Virus record (IMG/VR): IMGVR_UViG_3300025769_012879 | Coordinates: 32,001 to 96,000 of that record | DNA length: 64,000 bases | Source: a virus | Direction: 5' to 3' (one strand) | Shown here: positions 60,626-64,000 of the stretch, piece after piece | Layout of the letters: every line of letters starts with the position of its first letter | Position numbering within the stretch: position 1 is the first letter of the stretch | The notes under the pieces: generated by a model | Told to the model about the DNA's origin: nothing | What the model saw: the letters and a program-made list of their open reading frames with translations, nothing else | Databases searched by the model: none | Position numbers and translations under genes: made by a program

Positions 60626-61111
60626 ATGGCAGATGATAAATGGACAAGACCTGATGCGCCACCGCCTCCACTTTTTACGGGGCAGAAAGAGGCAGACTTT
60701 GTTAAGCAGATCAATGACGAGGTTATTGAGCGTGTTGCTGGTCAACAAATTCTTTATTTTGCTATCTCAAGAGAACACTCAAATTATCATCCACTTTACG
60801 GCGAGGCAATAGAAAAAACATACTTACCACCAGTTAGAGTGTACAGTCGTGTAAAGTGGAATGGTACAAAAACTGAGTTTACAAAGTACGGTGTTGATAG
60901 AAGACCACAAATTGTAGTCGATTTTCATAAGAGGCGCTTAACAGAGGATCAGGATCTTTATGTTCGTGTCGGTGACTTTGTTCGCTATGGCGATTTCGAT
61001 TATGAGATTGTTGAATTGAGTGAACCAAAACTACTCTTTGATCAGACAGATAGAAGTTTTGAGATTAGTGCAACTTGTATTTTAGCAAGAGAAGGAAAAT
61101 TTAACCCATAG
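60626..61111 (+). CDS. Head closure/neck protein (T4 gp14-like)
   Basis: Position after gp13-like gene; LYGEA..K, GDFV.Y....YEI. Confidence 0.65.
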   Translation: MADDKWTRPDAPPPPLFTGQKEADFVKQINDEVIERVAGQQILYFAISREHSNYHPLYGEAIEKTYLPPVRVYSRVKWNGTKTEFTKYGVDRRPQIVVDFHKRRLTEDQDLYVRVGDFVRYGDFDYEIVELSEPKLLFDQTDRSFEISATCILAREGKFNP

Positions 61112-61120
61112 GATTATTAA

Positions 61121-62089
61121 ATGCTACCAAAGTATATTGAAGAAAATTACAAGTTTAACAATTATCGTGATGCTCTAAGAAAAGCAGAAACTCTTGGGTG
61201 TGTTGGAACACATACAGAGGATGGAAACTATTACCCATGTAAGAATGCTGATGAATTATATAAATCAGCATATTCAGTGCAGTATGATACACTAGTCCCT
61301 TCTACATTTGAAACAATTGATATGGCGCTTTACGATTGGTTGAATCAAACTATTGATTTATTCGCAACTCGTAATGATGGTTGGCGCAAAGTTCCAATCA
61401 TTTGGTTAACTCAAGAGAGAGCATTTCAAATTAAAGACGATAGAGAAATGAGAGAGTTGGGTACTGAGTCTTTAAAATTTCCAATGATCTCAGTACAAAG
61501 AACAACTGTTAAAAAAACAGATCCAAAAGACTCTCCGATACCAGCAAAACTATTTGCTAATAGTGACGGAACAACATTAACAATTGCTAGGAAAGTCAAG
61601 CAATCTAAAACTAAAAACTTTGCAAATGCAACAAGTTTAAGACTTTATAAACAAAATAACTTTAAATTTAAAAATGAAAAAGTTGTTTATGAAATGGCAA
61701 CAGTTCCTTTGCCAATTTATCATGATTTGAATTATGAAATAAATTTAAGAGCAGAGTATCAACAACAAATCAACGACATGATTAGACCTTTTGCAACTTT
61801 TAACAATAACATAAATCAATTCATGATTAGAGATAGTGGACACAGTTATGAGGCATTTTTAGAAACAGACTATGGTGTAACAAGTAACATAAGCAATCTT
61901 GATAGTAATGAAAAAGTATATGAAGCAAGCATTAAGATAAAAGTCATAGGATACATTATGGGTGCTGGTGAAAATCAAAAAGGTCCACAAGTTGCAAGAA
62001 AAGAAAATTTTGTTGAAGTACGTTTCCCTAGAGAACATGTTATGTTGGGCGATATCAATGAATTCTCAGATGACGGATATAGACCCTAG
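61121..62089 (+). CDS. Tail terminator/sheath stabiliser (T4 gp15-like) with N-terminal Cys/His extension
   Basis: KVPIIW...ER, FPMISV.R, P.P......YEI; position directly before sheath. Confidence 0.65.
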   Translation: MLPKYIEENYKFNNYRDALRKAETLGCVGTHTEDGNYYPCKNADELYKSAYSVQYDTLVPSTFETIDMALYDWLNQTIDLFATRNDGWRKVPIIWLTQERAFQIKDDREMRELGTESLKFPMISVQRTTVKKTDPKDSPIPAKLFANSDGTTLTIARKVKQSKTKNFANATSLRLYKQNNFKFKNEKVVYEMATVPLPIYHDLNYEINLRAEYQQQINDMIRPFATFNNNINQFMIRDSGHSYEAFLETDYGVTSNISNLDSNEKVYEASIKIKVIGYIMGAGENQKGPQVARKENFVEVRFPREHVMLGDINEFSDDGYRP

Positions 62090-62106
62090 TCTTTGCCGTA
62101 TTTCTA

Positions 62107-62122
62107 AACTATTTATTGTAGC
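62107..62122 (+). promoter_or_regulatory. Candidate late promoter AACTATTTATTGTAGC (tail sheath)
   Basis: Identical to 56335-56350; upstream of GGAG RBS and ATG 62141. Confidence 0.65.
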
Positions 62123-62140
62123 ATAATTGGGAGATATTTT

Positions 62141-64000
62141 ATGAGTGCCAGAAAATTTAAGTTTATTTCACCCGGCGTTTTCCTAAACGAGATTGATAAT
62201 ACACAACTACCAAACGAACCAGCAGAGACTGGTCCATTGTTTGTTGGTAGAGCAAAGTATGGTCCAGCAATGAGACCTGTAACAGTTGACTCATTTGCTG
62301 AGTTTGTACAGTTATATGGTGAACCAGTTCCAGGTGGAAAGTCTGATGATGTTTGGAGAAACGGCAATGAGCAGTCTCCTATGTACGGTACTTACACTGC
62401 ACAATCCTGGTTAAGAAACTCATCAACCTGCACCTACGTTAGAATGTTGGGTTCTGAGCATACTGAAGCAACCACAGCAGGAAAGGCAGGTTGGAAAATC
62501 ACAGGTGTTTCCCCACTTGGACTTGATATTCCCCATGGTGGACAGTTCCCAGAGTTTACAGGCGATGCAACTGGTTCTGCTTACGGACTCTTTGTATTCC
62601 CAAACCAACTTAGTGGTTCTGAGACAGAAAGCGCTCACGGAACTGGATCATTGGTCGCAACATGGTATGTAGAGGACGGTCTTGTTGGACTAGTAGGTAA
62701 AGACACCTTTGGTTCAAACGTTAATGCTGATACCGCGCCTACTGGTATGTGTACTTTGATTGCATCAGACGATAGCGGCAAATTCACAGTTGTAATTACA
62801 GGTTCAACTGGATACGATAAAGATCGTATCATAAGTTTTTCATTGAATGAGAATAATAAAGATTATCTCAGAAATGTTTTTAACACAAACCCAGCATTAG
62901 TCAATAAGTCAATTACTAAATCATCTCAACGAGAGAGATACTGGTTGGGCGAGACTTATGCTAGAGAGTTTAGTCAAAAATTAACACGAGGTGTAGTTAC
63001 AGGATCTGGTGGCGCTTCCCAGGGATCACCCAATGCAACTTACTTGGGTGCAATAATTCCCCTAGCAACCGGTTCTGATGCAAGACATAGTAACAGGCAA
63101 ATACCTTTTGAGAGAGGTACAACAAGAAATAACCCAGCAACAGGTATGGTTTTTGGTCAGGACTTGGGTGGCGCTGCTGCTTCAGGTTCTTACACATATG
63201 GTAATATGACTGAGTTGTTTAAGTTCCACGCCCTAGATCATGCTGAGTGGGCACAGAACAATCTCAAGGTTTCTATTGCCAATATTAACTATTCGCAAGA
63301 TCAGTTCAATAAGTTTGGTACATTTGACGTTCTAGTTCGCCGCGCTAGTGATACAGACGCAGCACCAGTTGTTTTGGAGAGATTCAGCAATTGTAACTTA
63401 GACGCAAACTCTTTAGACTATGTTGCAAGAAAAATTGGCGATCAGTTCTTACAGTTCGATCCAGTTACAAGAAGATTAAGAACAAGAGGTGAGTACCCTA
63501 ACAGTTCAAAATACATTAGAATTGAAATGGATGCTGACGATTACGATTCTCAATTGTTGCCATTCGGATATTACGGTCCTTTAAAGTACAAAGATATTGA
63601 AGTGGATAGAGAGACAAACACTCAGCAGAATAACTTTGGTACTGGCATATTTGGACTAGGTGCCAAAAATATCTTCGATGGTGCTCAAGACCAATTAATT
63701 ATTACAGGTTCAGGTCTCGGCGCTAGTGGATTCAAGGGACCAGGACTTAAGTTGCTTTACCCATCTCACGAATTGAGAATTTCTGGTAACCAAGATGGTT
63801 TAGCAGACCAAACTGACGCTTACTGGGGTGTTTGGACTGGTATCTCTAAGACAAGTAACAAGTTTAACCGCGATTACGCCGACTTGAATAGAAACAGATC
63901 AGACATTATCACTGCGCCACTAACTGATACCGCGTACAGTGAGTACCAATACATCTTTACTCTTGACGAAGTTGTATCTGGATCATCAGATGGTATTCTA
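62141..64000 (+). CDS. Contractile tail sheath protein (3' partial; not in ORF track because it has no stop in the window)
   Basis: MSARKFKFISPGVFLNEID...FVGRAKYGPAMRPVTV.S..EF...YGEP is a typical sheath N-terminus. Confidence 0.9.
   Translation, partial: MSARKFKFISPGVFLNEIDNTQLPNEPAETGPLFVGRAKYGPAMRPVTVDSFAEFVQLYGEPVPGGKSDDVWRNGNEQSPMYGTYTAQSWLRNSSTCTYVRMLGSEHTEATTAGKAGWKITGVSPLGLDIPHGGQFPEFTGDATGSAYGLFVFPNQLSGSETESAHGTGSLVATWYVEDGLVGLVGKDTFGSNVNADTAPTGMCTLIASDDSGKFTVVITGSTGYDKDRIISFSLNENNKDYLRNVFNTNPALVNKSITKSSQRERYWLGETYAREFSQKLTRGVVTGSGGASQGSPNATYLGAIIPLATGSDARHSNRQIPFERGTTRNNPATGMVFGQDLGGAAASGSYTYGNMTELFKFHALDHAEWAQNNLKVSIANINYSQDQFNKFGTFDVLVRRASDTDAAPVVLERFSNCNLDANSLDYVARKIGDQFLQFDPVTRRLRTRGEYPNSSKYIRIEMDADDYDSQLLPFGYYGPLKYKDIEVDRETNTQQNNFGTGIFGLGAKNIFDGAQDQLIITGSGLGASGFKGPGLKLLYPSHELRISGNQDGLADQTDAYWGVWTGISKTSNKFNRDYADLNRNRSDIITAPLTDTAYSEYQYIFTLDEVVSGSSDGIL

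Noticed and set aside
1358-63197. Minus-strand and nested short ORFs in the ORF track
   Set aside because: They lie inside long, motif-bearing + strand genes and show no recognisable motifs; treated as shadow ORFs
1-64000. Stop-codon reassignment
   Set aside because: Standard code gives near-complete coding density and TAA, TAG and TGA all end full-length conserved genes
1-64000. tRNAs, CRISPR arrays, DGR template/variable repeats
   Set aside because: Intergenic gaps are mostly under 100 nt; no cloverleaf, spaced direct repeats, reverse transcriptase or long adenine-mismatched duplicate was seen by eye

Overview
The window is a 64-kb piece of a large, AT-rich, T4-like (myovirus) bacteriophage genome. 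All credible genes are on the + strand, tightly packed and often overlapping, in the standard genetic code. (1) 1-11.3 kb is a nucleotide-sugar/glycosylation island: three glycosyltransferase-type genes, a HisH/HisF/WbuX(WbpG)-type acetamidino-forming trio, WbpB/WbpE/WbpD-like enzymes, a NeuD/PglD-like acetyltransferase, an epimerase/dehydratase and a cupin. (2) 11.8 kb has a gp55-like late sigma factor, followed by spike, baseplate and tail-associated genes to 40.1 kb, including a 2944-aa LamG protein and a protein with an annexin-like repeat. (3) 40.1-44.7 kb has a RuvC-like resolvase, a primase and a fused Mre11-Rad50 (gp47-gp46). (4) 44.7-46.4 kb is a candidate lysis cassette. (5) 47.3-64 kb has terminase, portal, prohead protease, ribosomal protein bS21, a LamG+CUB protein, scaffold, major capsid, neck proteins, tail terminator and a partial tail sheath. 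The strongest hypothesis is a virion O-glycosylation system: the sugar pathway adjoins the late genes, and many exterior virion proteins are enriched in an [ST]-[GAS]-S tripeptide that internal head and DNA-metabolism proteins essentially lack. Other signals are window-wide RGCY avoidance, a recurring CTA(T/A)TTA candidate late promoter, and an unlisted 36-codon Cys-rich ORF with a GC hairpin. All product calls come from motif recognition by eye and all counts are by eye; no database search was run.
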